A stretch of DNA of 64,000 nt, from assembly GCA_964405505.1 (NCBI GenBank), contig CAYOOC010000005.1, positions 820 to 64,819 on the forward strand, in the 5' to 3' direction. Source of the stretch: an uncultured Thiohalophilus sp. Lineage in GTDB: Bacteria; Pseudomonadota; Gammaproteobacteria; UBA6429; Thiohalophilaceae. A model generated the notes under the pieces. It did no database searches, was not told where the DNA came from, and saw nothing but the letters and a program-made list of their open reading frames with translations. The stretch's first letter is position 1; each line of letters opens with the position of its first letter. Both the position numbers and the translations under genes were made by a program. This document shows positions 30,622 through 41,472 of this stretch, one piece after another.

Positions 30622-32289
30622 TCAGTCACGCGTGGCCGCTATGCCTTCGCCACGCGGATCGCTGGCCGCGGTGACCTGCTGATTCTGCTTATCCCAGATC
30701 ACCGCCTGCATATTGCCATAACGATCGTTCAGCTCGACCAATACATGTCCCCGTTCGGCCAGATCCAGTTGCTGTTGTGGCGTAAAGGCGTCGGCTTCAT
30801 GCTGAACCCGATCCGGCAAATACTGATGATGATAACGGGGCCGGCTGACAATGGTGTCGACATCCTCACCGTTGATCGCGCCCAGTATGCCGTGCAATAC
30901 CATGGTAATGATGCGGCTGCCACCCGGCGTGCCGAGAATGACGATGCGATCCGGATGTTCGACAAACGTCGGGCTCATACTGGAGAGCATCCGCTTGCCC
31001 GGCTCTATCGCGTTCGCCTCGGCCCCGATCAGCCCATAGACGTTGGGCACGCCGGGCTTGGCCGAGAAATCGTCCATCTCGTCGTTGAGCAGGACACCCG
31101 TGCCCGGTGGCATAAAGCCCGAACCGAACGGATAATTGATACTCAGGGTGGCCGCGACCCGGTTGCCTTCCCGATCCAGTACCGAAAAATGCGTGGTGTC
31201 GGTTCCTTCCTTCTCCGTGGTGACGGCCGGCAACAGGCTGCTGTCGGTCGCCCGCCCGGGTTCGATACTCTGGCGCAGGCGTGCGGCATGGGCCTTGCCC
31301 GTCAAACGCGGGATAGCCATTTCCACAAAATCGGGATCACCGAGATACTCGGCACGATCGCGATAGGCACGCCGCATCGCCTCGATGATCAGATGCTGGC
31401 GTTCCACCGCCGGCAACCGGTCCAGCGCATACGGCTCGAGAATGTTCAGCATGGTCGCCAGCGCCACGCCGCCGGAGGAAGGCGGGGCCGCGGAGACGAT
31501 CCGGTAATCGCCATAACGCACGCTGATCGGCTCCCGCTCCACGATTTCGTACTGCGCCAGATCCGACTGCGTCCAGATCCCCCCGGCCTCACGGGTACCC
31601 TGCACCAGCTGCCGGGCCAGCTCGCCCTGATAGAATCCGTCGCGCCCGGCAACGGCCAGCCGTTCCAGCGTCTGCGCCAGATCGTGCTGGCGAATGATAT
31701 ACCCCGCCGGTGGCACCTCGTTGTCATGCAAAAACACCTCGGCCGCGGCGGGTGACCGACGCAATACCTCGAGACGAAACCGGGCCATGCGCCGGTAATG
31801 GGGCGTGACTTCAAATCCCTCGCGCGCGGCGCGGATCGCCGGGGCCAGCGAACGGCCCAGTGGCAGGCGACCGTACTGCTCGGCCAGGTGCACCAGGGCC
31901 GCGGGTTCACCGGGAATCCCGGCCGCCAGCGGCCCATCCACCGACAGTCCCTCGATCACGTTGCCCTGTTCATCCAGATACATATCCCGGTGCGCCTGCA
32001 AGGGGGCTTTTTCACGACCGTCGAGCATGATGTTACGGCCACTGTCCGCCTCATGCAGCAGCCAGAATCCACCGCCCCCCAGCCCGGAACTGTAGGGCTC
32101 GACCACGGCCAGGGTCGCGCTGACCGCCACTGCCGCATCGAAGGCATTACCCCCGGCATCCAGTATTTCCAGGCCCGCTTCGGTCGCCAGCGGATGCGCC
32201 GAAGCCACGGCGGCGGCCGGCGGCGCCGCTCGGTCACAGGCGGCAAGCAGCGTGACCAGAAGAACAAGACACAGGCGAATGATTTTCAT
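30622..32289 (-). CDS. ggt: Gamma-glutamyltransferase (lipoprotein)
   Basis: LAAC lipobox, GGNAFDAA, catalytic TTHFS, LNDEMDDF, LSSMSP and GTPGGSRI. Confidence 0.96.
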   Translation of the reverse strand: MKIIRLCLVLLVTLLAACDRAAPPAAAVASAHPLATEAGLEILDAGGNAFDAAVAVSATLAVVEPYSSGLGGGGFWLLHEADSGRNIMLDGREKAPLQAHRDMYLDEQGNVIEGLSVDGPLAAGIPGEPAALVHLAEQYGRLPLGRSLAPAIRAAREGFEVTPHYRRMARFRLEVLRRSPAAAEVFLHDNEVPPAGYIIRQHDLAQTLERLAVAGRDGFYQGELARQLVQGTREAGGIWTQSDLAQYEIVEREPISVRYGDYRIVSAAPPSSGGVALATMLNILEPYALDRLPAVERQHLIIEAMRRAYRDRAEYLGDPDFVEMAIPRLTGKAHAARLRQSIEPGRATDSSLLPAVTTEKEGTDTTHFSVLDREGNRVAATLSINYPFGSGFMPPGTGVLLNDEMDDFSAKPGVPNVYGLIGAEANAIEPGKRMLSSMSPTFVEHPDRIVILGTPGGSRIITMVLHGILGAINGEDVDTIVSRPRYHHQYLPDRVQHEADAFTPQQQLDLAERGHVLVELNDRYGNMQAVIWDKQNQQVTAASDPRGEGIAATRD

Positions 32290-32462
32290 GAACGCTCCCG
32301 TTGGCAGACAATTGACTGAAAACAGGATTCTGGCACAGGCACAGGCAGGAGGCTAATCACCGACGACACCGAACTCACTGTATACACCGATCGGTGCTGT
32401 CAGTACCTCGATGACACACAACTGCTGATAAAAAAGCATGCTTCTCAACAAACCGGGGTTTG

Positions 32463-32486
32463 CTTTGCGTCCTTTGCGCCTTTGCG
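32463..32486. repeat. Solo right arm of the CGCRRAG palindrome family
   Basis: CTTTGCG x3 at periods 9 and 8; no partner arm nearby. Confidence 0.65.
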
Positions 32487-32515
32487 ATCGCTGCGTTTTG
32501 TTCCAGCGGACCAAC

Positions 32516-32539
32516 AAAAAAGCCCCTTAACGGGGCTTT
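32516..32539 (-). terminator. Intrinsic terminator after the ferredoxin gene
   Basis: aaagcccc-ttaac-ggggcttt with a 6-U run on the minus strand. Confidence 0.7.
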
Positions 32540-32567
32540 AATCAAAGAGCGGGAGTGGAACGTGATT

Positions 32568-33338
<771 letters not shown>

Positions 33339-33409
33339 TTATCCCCGTGACTGAACAGCGCTAGTGTAACGCGTCGCCCGCGCCGCGACCACGCCCTCAC
33401 CGGAGGCGA

Positions 33410-33976
33410 TTATTCCTGCGGCTGACGACGGGCAAGCTGATAGGCGACCTGCCCGGCCTGTTTGCTACGCAATACTTGCCAGTCGGACGGCAGGGCGGGC
33501 GCCTCTGTGTGGCTGTCATGCTCGAAGTAGATCCAGGCCCCCTCACTCAGCCAGCCGGATTCCAGGGCGCTAAAACAGTCTTCCAGTACCCGGGCCTGAT
33601 AGGGCGGATCGAGAAACACAATGTCACAGGGCTCGGGGGGACGCTGCAGGTAACGCAACACCGCTGACTGGCAGATACTCATCTGCGTCGCCTGTAACAG
33701 GCGAACATTCTGTTGCAACTGCGACACCACCCGTGGATGGCTGTCCACCAGGGTTACCTGCGCGGCCCCACGCGAGGCCGCTTCAAAACCAAGTGCACCG
33801 CTGCCGGCGAACAGGTCCAGTACCCGGGCGCCGTCTATCACCGGCGCCAGCCAGTTGAACAATGTCTCACGCACCCGATCGGGCGTCGGGCGCAAACCGG
33901 GCGCGGGAAAAAAACCCAGCTTGCGACCACGCCACTGCCCGCCGATGATCCGAAACTGGTTACGCTGTCCCGCCAT
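33410..33976 (-). CDS. rsmD: 16S rRNA m2G966 methyltransferase
   Basis: RIIGG.WRGRKL, LRPT.DRVRETLFNWL, DLFAGSGALG and DPPY; start at 33976 preferred. Confidence 0.95.
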   Translation of the reverse strand: MAGQRNQFRIIGGQWRGRKLGFFPAPGLRPTPDRVRETLFNWLAPVIDGARVLDLFAGSGALGFEAASRGAAQVTLVDSHPRVVSQLQQNVRLLQATQMSICQSAVLRYLQRPPEPCDIVFLDPPYQARVLEDCFSALESGWLSEGAWIYFEHDSHTEAPALPSDWQVLRSKQAGQVAYQLARRQPQE

Positions 33977-34047
33977 GTTGGTTGATTCCCGCTGATACAT
34001 CGTCACGGGTGTTATATCACGCCACTTGACTTGCACCAATCATGATT

Positions 34048-34215
34048 ATTCTCGCCAAGCCACAAGGGAATGACATAACGTGGTGAGCTCTGCGTCTCTG
34101 TGAGATCATGTGATGCTTTATCTCACACCTTGTTTTATCCCAATAATGAAAACTCTCGCCAGGGCGCAGAGACGCAAAGGGAACTACATAATGGGCGCTC
34201 TTGGCTGGCGAGAAT
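34048..34215. repeat. Two tandem degenerate CGCRRAG-family palindromes
   Basis: Arms at 34048-34067, 34088-34105, 34153-34180 and 34196-34215. Confidence 0.65.
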
Positions 34216-34223
34216 ATCAGGAA

Positions 34224-35600
34224 TTATTCACTTCGATTCCCATTGCCGACGGTCACGGTGAGCAGTTTGTCGGGATGGATGCGTCGCTGGAAGGCATCAC
34301 GAATGTCGGCGGTGGTCACCGCCTCGACCCTGTCGTTGAAGGTATCGAGATAATCATGTGGCAGGCCGTAAAACTCGATCATCGCGATGTACTGGACAAT
34401 GTCCTTATTGCTGTCGATGCGCAGCGGAAAACCACCGGTGATATTCTTCTTGGCATGCTGCAACTCTTCTTCGGTCGGACCCTTGTCGACAAAGCGGGTC
34501 AGAACCTCCTGCAATAACGTCAGCGCTTCTTCGGCCTGATCGTTGCTGGTCTGCAGTCCCATGATAAACGCCCCGTTGACCCGCTGCGGAACAAAGTAGC
34601 TGTAACTGCTGTAGGCCAGTCCCCGCTCTTCACGGATGGTTTCCATAATTCTGGAACCAAACCCGCTGCCGCCCAGGATGTGATTACCGACATACAAACT
34701 GAAATAATCGCGATCGCCGCGCCGCATGCCGGGCTGGCCCACCAGCAGGTGAGTTTGCGCCGAGGGATGGGAACGGTCCACCCGGTTCGCCTCGTTCAAA
34801 GCTTCCACTTCCGGCAGGGCGGGCGCCGCCTCACCGGCATTCAGTTTTGCCGTGATTTTTTCGGCCAGCGCCTCGGCCTGCGGACGATCCATATCCCCCA
34901 CGATAGCCACTATCGCATTATTGGCGACCAGATAACGTTGATGGAACGCTTTGAGATCGGCCAGTTCCATGGCCTTGATGCTCTCCTCCTTACCCGAGAC
35001 CGGCGTGGCATAGGGATGCTGGCCGAACAAATGACGATAGAACAGATCCTCGGCCAGATCGCCGGGTGACTGTTTTTTATTCTGCAGGCTGACCAGCGTG
35101 TTACGCCGCACACGGTTGAAAGCCTCATGCGGGAAAGTTGGCTCGGCCAGGATCGTGGCAAAGGTTTGCACGGCTTGCTCCAGCAGGGTCTCTTCGGTCA
35201 GGCTGCGCAGACTGAATGCGGCCATATCCCGTTTGACCGACACCCCGTAATTGGCCCCGATATTATCGAACCGCTCGGCCAGTTGATCCGAATTCCACTG
35301 CCCGGCGCCTTCATTGAGCATCCCGGCGGTCACATTGGCCAGACCCGGCAAATCACCATCACGTGCGCTGCCGGCATCGAACACCACCCGAACATCGACC
35401 ATGGGCAGTTCCGGGGCCGGCACAAACACCACCCGGGCGCCATTTTCGGTCGTCCAGCTCTGGAACTCAAAACTGCTGTCAACGCCGGTGGAAACCGGTT
35501 CACCGCTGTGTTCGAACCGCGCCAGGGTAAAGGTCAATGCCAGAATGACAATAACAGCAAGGGCAATTTTCCAGTTCAGTCGCTTCATCATATTCATCAT
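34224..35600 (-). CDS. M16B peptidase, non-catalytic subunit
   Basis: M16 fold features (LP.VD..V.FDAGS, NHILGGSGF.SR..IRE.RGLAYS); no HXXEH. Confidence 0.88.
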   Translation of the reverse strand: MMNMMKRLNWKIALAVIVILALTFTLARFEHSGEPVSTGVDSSFEFQSWTTENGARVVFVPAPELPMVDVRVVFDAGSARDGDLPGLANVTAGMLNEGAGQWNSDQLAERFDNIGANYGVSVKRDMAAFSLRSLTEETLLEQAVQTFATILAEPTFPHEAFNRVRRNTLVSLQNKKQSPGDLAEDLFYRHLFGQHPYATPVSGKEESIKAMELADLKAFHQRYLVANNAIVAIVGDMDRPQAEALAEKITAKLNAGEAAPALPEVEALNEANRVDRSHPSAQTHLLVGQPGMRRGDRDYFSLYVGNHILGGSGFGSRIMETIREERGLAYSSYSYFVPQRVNGAFIMGLQTSNDQAEEALTLLQEVLTRFVDKGPTEEELQHAKKNITGGFPLRIDSNKDIVQYIAMIEFYGLPHDYLDTFNDRVEAVTTADIRDAFQRRIHPDKLLTVTVGNGNRSE

Positions 35601-35614
35601 CAGGTAGAAAGATC

Positions 35615-36970
35615 TCAGTGTCCGGTGGCGGTCGGTGATCCAGCAGGTTGTTGGCCGTCAAGCGGTAACGGATCGAGTATTGTCACGCTGCGGTTATCCT
35701 GACGCAGATATTTGCGAGCCACCTGTTGAATCTGTTGCGGTGTGACGGCGTTAATTTTCTCGCGGTACGCTTCCATGGTTTGCCAGCCGAGTCCCACGGT
35801 TTCCAGAATCCCCATCTGCATGGCCTGATAGAACATGGAATCCTTTTCATAAACATCGCCGGCCACCACCTGGGCCTTGATCCGCGCCAGCTCATCTTGC
35901 CCGACCGGTTCGTTTTTCAACGCCTCGATCTCCTCCAGCAGGGCCTGCTCCAGTTCCGTGATATCATGGCCACGCGCCGGTGTTCCGCTGAGCGTGAACA
36001 GGTTGCCCTGCCGCGAATAGAGATCGTAACCGGCATCGGCACCGGCGGCGATCTGCTGCCCGCGCACCAGCCGCGCGGGCAGACGGGCACTGCGCCCGCT
36101 GCTTAAAATGCCGGTCATCACTTCCAGTGCGTAGGCTTCCCACTCCTGTTCGACGGTTTTGAGTACCGGCACGTGATAGCCGATCATTAAATAGGGCAAT
36201 TTGGCCGGTGCCTGAACGACGACTCGCCGCTCACCCTTTTGCGGCGGCTCGACCCGCGGCTTGATCGGCGGTACATCAACCTGCTGCAGGCGGGCGAAAT
36301 GTTTTCTTGCCAGGCGGTAAACTGCATCCGGCTCGACATCGCCAACCACAACCAGGGTCGCGTTGTTTGGCGCATACCACGGGTGATACCACTGTTGCAG
36401 ATCCTCGACGGTCAGGTTCTTCAGGTCGTTCATCCAGCCGATGGTCGGATGCCGGTACGGGCTCACCATAAACGCCGCCGCGTTGAATTTTTCATAGGCC
36501 AGGGCGCGCGGGTTATCTTCCGTGCGCAGTTTACGTTCCTCCATGACCACCTGACGTTCCTTTTGAAACTCGTCTTTCGGCAGGGTCAGGTTACGCATAC
36601 GATCGGCCTCCAGTTCGAAGCTGATCGCCAACCGGCTTTTTTCCAGTTGCTGGAAATAGGCGGTGAAATCCTTGCTGGTGAAGGCATTCTCCCGTCCGCC
36701 GTTTTCGGCAATGATGCGCGAGAACTCCCCGGGGCCGTGTTTTTCGGTGCCCTTGAACATCATGTGTTCCAGAACATGGGAGACGCCGGTGATCCCATTG
36801 TGTTCGTAACTGGCACCAATTTTGTACCAGATTTGCGAGACTACCACCGGGGCGCGGTGATCCTCGCGCACCAGCAGTTTCATGCCATTATCCAGATTGT
36901 ATTCGTGGACCTGGCCCAGTGCCGGTAAACAAAACAGTCCCAGCCCGAGCAGAATCAGTAAACGTCGCAT
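35615..36970 (-). CDS. M16B zinc peptidase, catalytic subunit
   Basis: Signal peptide; HVLEHMMFKGT; NAFT. Confidence 0.92.
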   Translation of the reverse strand: MRRLLILLGLGLFCLPALGQVHEYNLDNGMKLLVREDHRAPVVVSQIWYKIGASYEHNGITGVSHVLEHMMFKGTEKHGPGEFSRIIAENGGRENAFTSKDFTAYFQQLEKSRLAISFELEADRMRNLTLPKDEFQKERQVVMEERKLRTEDNPRALAYEKFNAAAFMVSPYRHPTIGWMNDLKNLTVEDLQQWYHPWYAPNNATLVVVGDVEPDAVYRLARKHFARLQQVDVPPIKPRVEPPQKGERRVVVQAPAKLPYLMIGYHVPVLKTVEQEWEAYALEVMTGILSSGRSARLPARLVRGQQIAAGADAGYDLYSRQGNLFTLSGTPARGHDITELEQALLEEIEALKNEPVGQDELARIKAQVVAGDVYEKDSMFYQAMQMGILETVGLGWQTMEAYREKINAVTPQQIQQVARKYLRQDNRSVTILDPLPLDGQQPAGSPTATGH

Positions 36971-37104
36971 TGATTTATTTGGCCTGTATGAGAGGTTGGT
37001 GGCTTACTCAAAACATCAAGCAGTGGTAGGATAGTGCGCCTGAAACACAGGAACAACCGGTTCCTCCACATTCCTCGATCACATTCACTACGACCCTGAA
37101 ATTG

Positions 37105-38100
37105 ATGTTTGGTTTCCGTAAATCCGATTCTGACAACCGCGACGCAAAATCCGCCGCGCCGGGTCTGTTTGCCCGCCTGAAGCAGGGGCTGTCACGCACC
37201 CGTTCCGGCCTCACCGAGAGCCTGACCCGCCTGGCCCGGGGCAAAAAACAGATCGATGATGAACTGCTCGAAGAGATCGAGACCCTGCTGCTGGGCGCCG
37301 ATGTCGGCGTCGAGGCGACCCGGCGGATCATCGACGAGCTGACCACCCGGGTCTCGCGCAAGGAACTGCAGGACAGCGATGCCCTGCTGGAGGCCCTGCA
37401 ACAGGATATGCAGCAGATTCTGGCCCCCTGCGAGGCACCGCTGACCATCGACACTACCTGCCAGCCGTTTGTGATCCTGATGGTCGGCATCAACGGGGCC
37501 GGCAAGACCACCACCATCGGTAAACTGGCCCGGCAACTCCAGCAACAGGGCCATTCCGTCATGCTGGCTGCCGGCGATACCTTCCGTGCCGCCGCCATCG
37601 AACAGCTGCAGACCTGGGGAGAACGCAACGACATCCCCGTCATCGCCCAGCAACACGGCGCCGACAGCGCCTCGGTCATTTATGACGCCATGGCCGCGGC
37701 CCGCTCGCGCGGCATTGATGTGCTGATCGCCGACACCGCCGGGCGCCTGCATACCCAGTCCAACCTGATGGACGAGCTGAAAAAGGTCAAACGGGTCATG
37801 ACCAAGCTGGATTCGGCCGCACCGCATGAAGTGATGCTGGTGGTGGATGCCGGCACCGGCCAGAACGCCCTGGTCCAGGCCGAACAATTCCACAACGCCG
37901 TGGGCCTGAGCGGCATTACCCTGACCAAACTCGACGGCACCGCCAGGGGCGGGGTAATCTTTGCCATTGCCCAGAAACTGGGCGTGCCGATCCGTTTCGT
38001 CGGCGTCGGCGAGAGCATCGAGGACCTGCGCCCGTTCCACGCCGGTGAATTCGTCCAGGCCCTGCTGGGCAGCGACACCAGCGAGGCGCAAGAGCAATAA
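37105..38100 (+). CDS. ftsY: SRP receptor GTPase
   Basis: GINGAGKTTT, DTFRAAA, DTAGR and TKLDGTARGG; short NG-only form. Confidence 0.97.
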   Translation: MFGFRKSDSDNRDAKSAAPGLFARLKQGLSRTRSGLTESLTRLARGKKQIDDELLEEIETLLLGADVGVEATRRIIDELTTRVSRKELQDSDALLEALQQDMQQILAPCEAPLTIDTTCQPFVILMVGINGAGKTTTIGKLARQLQQQGHSVMLAAGDTFRAAAIEQLQTWGERNDIPVIAQQHGADSASVIYDAMAAARSRGIDVLIADTAGRLHTQSNLMDELKKVKRVMTKLDSAAPHEVMLVVDAGTGQNALVQAEQFHNAVGLSGITLTKLDGTARGGVIFAIAQKLGVPIRFVGVGESIEDLRPFHAGEFVQALLGSDTSEAQEQ

Positions 38101-38210
38101 TAAAAAGCGGCCAGTGGTTCAATTCGTGACCGCGTCAGACAAACAAGGCGAACCGAAACGTTACGCTTTCGTAGTTGATGTAAAGGGGAAACCGGGGTGT
38201 ATCCAAATCA

Positions 38211-38238
38211 GCCACCGAAAACACCGAAGCCACTGAAA
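38211..38238. repeat. Solo left arm with CACYGAA x3
   Basis: gcCACCGAAaaCACCGAAgcCACTGAAa, period 9. Confidence 0.55.
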
Positions 38239-38266
38239 CGGGCGGCTACCCGAATGCCTGCGGGTT

Positions 38267-38300
38267 CTCCTCGTCCCTCGTTCCTCGTAACTCGTCCCTG
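38267..38300. repeat. Heptamer tandem array (NNNCTCG x4-5)
   Basis: ctcctcg tccctcg ttcctcg taactcg tccctg; reverse-complement relative of 19525-19553. Confidence 0.65.
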
Positions 38301-38309
38301 TGTTGTCGG

Positions 38310-38981
38310 ATGATTCGTTTCACCTCGGCCAGCAAGCGCTATCCCGGCGGCTATGAAGCCCTGACCAATGTCAGCTTCCACATGCCGGCCGGGCAGATGG
38401 CGTTTTTAACCGGCCATTCGGGCGCCGGCAAGAGTACCCTGCTCAAGCTCATTGCGCTGCTGGAGCGGCCCAGCCGCGGCCAGGTGCTGATCAACAACCA
38501 GAACCTGGCGCGCATCGGCCGCCGGCGCATTCCCTATTTCCGGCGCAACATCGGCATCATCTTCCAGGATCACCAGTTACTGTTCGATCGCACCGTGTTC
38601 GACAACGTGGCCCTGCCGCTGATCATCGCCGGTCAGCCGCAGCGCGAGATCGACCGGCGGGTACGTGCATCACTGGACAAGGTCGGCCTGCTGGGCAAGG
38701 AGAAGGCCTATCCGATTACGCTCTCCGGCGGCGAGCAACAGCGGGTCGGCATCGCCCGGGCGGTGGTCAACAAACCGCCGCTGCTGCTGGCCGACGAACC
38801 GACCGGCAACCTGGACCCGACGCTTTCCGCCGAGATCATGGGCATTTTCGAGGATTTCAGCCAGGTGGGCGTCACCGTGCTGGTGGCCAGCCACGATCTG
38901 GCCCTGATCTCTAACCTGCCCTACCGTCGCCTGACCCTGGAACAGGGCCGGCTGAGCGCCGACAGTGACCCGAGCGAGTAA
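38310..38981 (+). CDS. ftsE: Cell division ATP-binding protein
   Basis: [21 protein letters not shown] and [10 protein letters not shown]. Confidence 0.97.
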   Translation: MIRFTSASKRYPGGYEALTNVSFHMPAGQMAFLTGHSGAGKSTLLKLIALLERPSRGQVLINNQNLARIGRRRIPYFRRNIGIIFQDHQLLFDRTVFDNVALPLIIAGQPQREIDRRVRASLDKVGLLGKEKAYPITLSGGEQQRVGIARAVVNKPPLLLADEPTGNLDPTLSAEIMGIFEDFSQVGVTVLVASHDLALISNLPYRRLTLEQGRLSADSDPSE

Positions 38982-38985
38982 GCCC

Positions 38986-39975
38986 ATGCGCCGCGACCGC
39001 CCTGCCCCGTCCTCCAAGCCCCGGCGCAGTGAAGCGCGCCGCCCCGGCCCGCCGGGCCGGCTGCGCATTCACCTGTTGCGGCATGCCCAGGTGTTTTTCT
39101 ACAGCCTCGGCCAGCTCAGCCGCCGCCCGGCCTCGATGCTGATGACCGCCGCCGTCATCGGCATTGCGCTGGCCCTGCCCGCGGGCCTGCATGTGGTGCT
39201 CAAAAGCGCCCAGCAACTCAGCGGTGGCTGGGACGAGACGAGCCAGATTTCCCTGTTTTTGCAACGCGGCACCCCCGAGGCGGAGGCACGCCGGCTGGTC
39301 CGCCAGCTCGAGGCGCATCCGCGGGTTCGCCAGGTCAACTACATTTCCCCGCAGCAGGCGCTGGCCGAATTCCAGCGTCTGTCGGGCTTCGGCGAGGCAC
39401 TGGACGCCCTGCAGGAGAACCCCCTGCCGGCGGTGCTGGTGGTCCTGCCGGCGCTCGAGCGCAGCAACCCGGCCGCCACCGAGACGCTGCTGGCCGAGCT
39501 GCGCGAGAATCCGCGCGTGGATCTGGCCCGGCTCGATGTGCAATGGGTCAAACGGCTCTACGCCATCATGGATATCCTGCGCCAGGGAGTCTATGTACTG
39601 GCCAGCCTGCTGGCCCTGGCGGTACTGCTGGTGGTGGGCAACACGATTCGCCTGGCCATCCAGAACCGCCGGGACGAGATTGTGATCATCAAGCTGATTG
39701 GCGGCACCGACGCCTTCATTCGTCGTCCGTTTCTGTATACCGGCTTCTGGTATGGCCTGATTGGCGCCCTGATCGCCTGGCTGCTGGTCACGGTTTCCCT
39801 GTGGATTCTGAGCGGACCGGTGGAAAAACTGGCCGGTCTGTACCAAAACAGTTTCAGCCTGAGCGGATTGAATATCCAGACCACGGCCATATTGCTGCTA
39901 TCGGGGATCGCGCTGGGGCTGGTGGGCTCGTGGATCGCCGTGGGCCGCCATCTGCGTGACATCGAGCCGGGCTGA
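38986..39975 (+). CDS. ftsX: Cell division permease
   Basis: NPLP, GNTIRLAI..RRDEI and KLIGGTD.FIRRPF; start uncertain (38965 or 38986). Confidence 0.96.
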   Translation: MRRDRPAPSSKPRRSEARRPGPPGRLRIHLLRHAQVFFYSLGQLSRRPASMLMTAAVIGIALALPAGLHVVLKSAQQLSGGWDETSQISLFLQRGTPEAEARRLVRQLEAHPRVRQVNYISPQQALAEFQRLSGFGEALDALQENPLPAVLVVLPALERSNPAATETLLAELRENPRVDLARLDVQWVKRLYAIMDILRQGVYVLASLLALAVLLVVGNTIRLAIQNRRDEIVIIKLIGGTDAFIRRPFLYTGFWYGLIGALIAWLLVTVSLWILSGPVEKLAGLYQNSFSLSGLNIQTTAILLLSGIALGLVGSWIAVGRHLRDIEPG

Positions 39976-40064
39976 AGCCCAAAATAACCAGAAAATTTGT
40001 TACAGATTGCCCCGTTACTGTCGATACCTGTAGCAGTGCCGTAATTTGTATCCGATACTAAAAA

Positions 40065-41408
40065 ATGTCAGACATACAGACCCGAATCCTGGTGGTCGAT
40101 GGCTCGTCCGTGTCACGGGCGATCCTCGCTCGCATCCTGCGCGAGGAGATGGACCACGTCGAGGTGGTGACCTGCGAATCGGGCAATGAAGCACTGGCAC
40201 TGCTCAAACAGGCGCATTTCGACCTGATTACCACTGCCCTGCTGCTGTCGGACATGGATGGCCTGGCGCTGAGCCGCGCGGTACGGGACACCAAGCACCA
40301 TCATTACACCCCGGTCATCGTGGTCTCCGGCGACGCCGATGAACGTCTGCTGCGCGAGGGTTTCGAGGCCGGCGTCACCGATTATTTCGACAAATCCAGT
40401 GGCTACAAGGCCTTTGGTGACTTCATCAAATCCTTTATCCAGCGTAATACCGGACTGGTCGGCCATGTCCTGTATGTGGAAGACAGCCGCACTGCCGCCG
40501 CAGTGACCCGGAAAATCCTGGAAAAACACGGCCTCAAGGTGACCCTGACCGACAACGCCGAGCAGGCCATCGTGCTGCTGGACAACCCCAATCCCGAGAC
40601 CGCGTTCGACATGGTCATCACCGATTTCTTCCTCGAAGGGGCGTTGACCGGCGGTGACCTGCTGCACGCCATCCGCGCCCGCCTGCACCTGTCGCAGCAG
40701 GAGCTGCCGGTGCTGGTGCTGACCGGCTCCGACGACAAACAGAAACAGGTCGAGGTGTTCCACGCCGGGGGCAACGATTTTGTCGGCAAGCCCCTGATCG
40801 AAGAGGTGCTGATCGCCCGGGTCCGTTCGCTGCTGCTGATCAAGCACCAGTATGACGCGCTCAAGCAACAGACCGAAGCGATGCGCTGGATCGCCGCCAC
40901 CGACAGCCTGACCGGCGTGCGCAGCAAGCGCTACCTGGTGGACAACGGCGAAAGCCTCATTCGGGACACCACGCACCAGCCGGTCTGGGCCATGCTGATT
41001 GACATCGATCACTTCAAACGGATCAACGATACCCTGGGCCACATTACCGGCGATCACGTGCTGGCCGAACTGGGCGAGACGCTCAATCAGTGGTTCCCGG
41101 ACGATATGGCCGTGCGTTTCGGCGGGGAAGAATTCTGCGTGCTGGTCCGACAGACCCAGGCCGACGCCATGTTCGAGCTGGCGGAAAAGCTGCGCCACCA
41201 CGTCGAGCACCTGCAGCCGGCCGGAGTCGACATCACCATCAGCCTGGGGCTGGCCAGCACCGAGGACCACCCCGATCTGCACCTGAGCGAATTCCTGAAC
41301 AAGGCCGACCAGGCTCTCTACCATTCCAAGGAGCAGGGCCGAAACCGCGCCAGCCTGTTCGCCAGCGACGGGGTACAGACCTCCCCGTGGAACTATTCGA
41401 GCCCATAG
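40065..41408 (+). CDS. REC-REC-GGDEF diguanylate cyclase response regulator
   Basis: Two receiver domains; DSLTG, DIDHFKRINDTLGH.TGD, RFGGEEF and ADQALY. Confidence 0.93.
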   Translation: MSDIQTRILVVDGSSVSRAILARILREEMDHVEVVTCESGNEALALLKQAHFDLITTALLLSDMDGLALSRAVRDTKHHHYTPVIVVSGDADERLLREGFEAGVTDYFDKSSGYKAFGDFIKSFIQRNTGLVGHVLYVEDSRTAAAVTRKILEKHGLKVTLTDNAEQAIVLLDNPNPETAFDMVITDFFLEGALTGGDLLHAIRARLHLSQQELPVLVLTGSDDKQKQVEVFHAGGNDFVGKPLIEEVLIARVRSLLLIKHQYDALKQQTEAMRWIAATDSLTGVRSKRYLVDNGESLIRDTTHQPVWAMLIDIDHFKRINDTLGHITGDHVLAELGETLNQWFPDDMAVRFGGEEFCVLVRQTQADAMFELAEKLRHHVEHLQPAGVDITISLGLASTEDHPDLHLSEFLNKADQALYHSKEQGRNRASLFASDGVQTSPWNYSSP

Positions 41409-41429
41409 TGTTCACAAGTCTTTGTAATC

Positions 41430-41457
41430 TTGACAATTTCACTCTATATATTAGAGT
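41430..41457 (+). promoter_or_regulatory. sigma70 promoter of rpoH
   Basis: Perfect TTGACA (41430-35), N16, TAGAGT (41452-57). Confidence 0.55.
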
Positions 41458-41472
41458 GAACTAATAAGGAAT

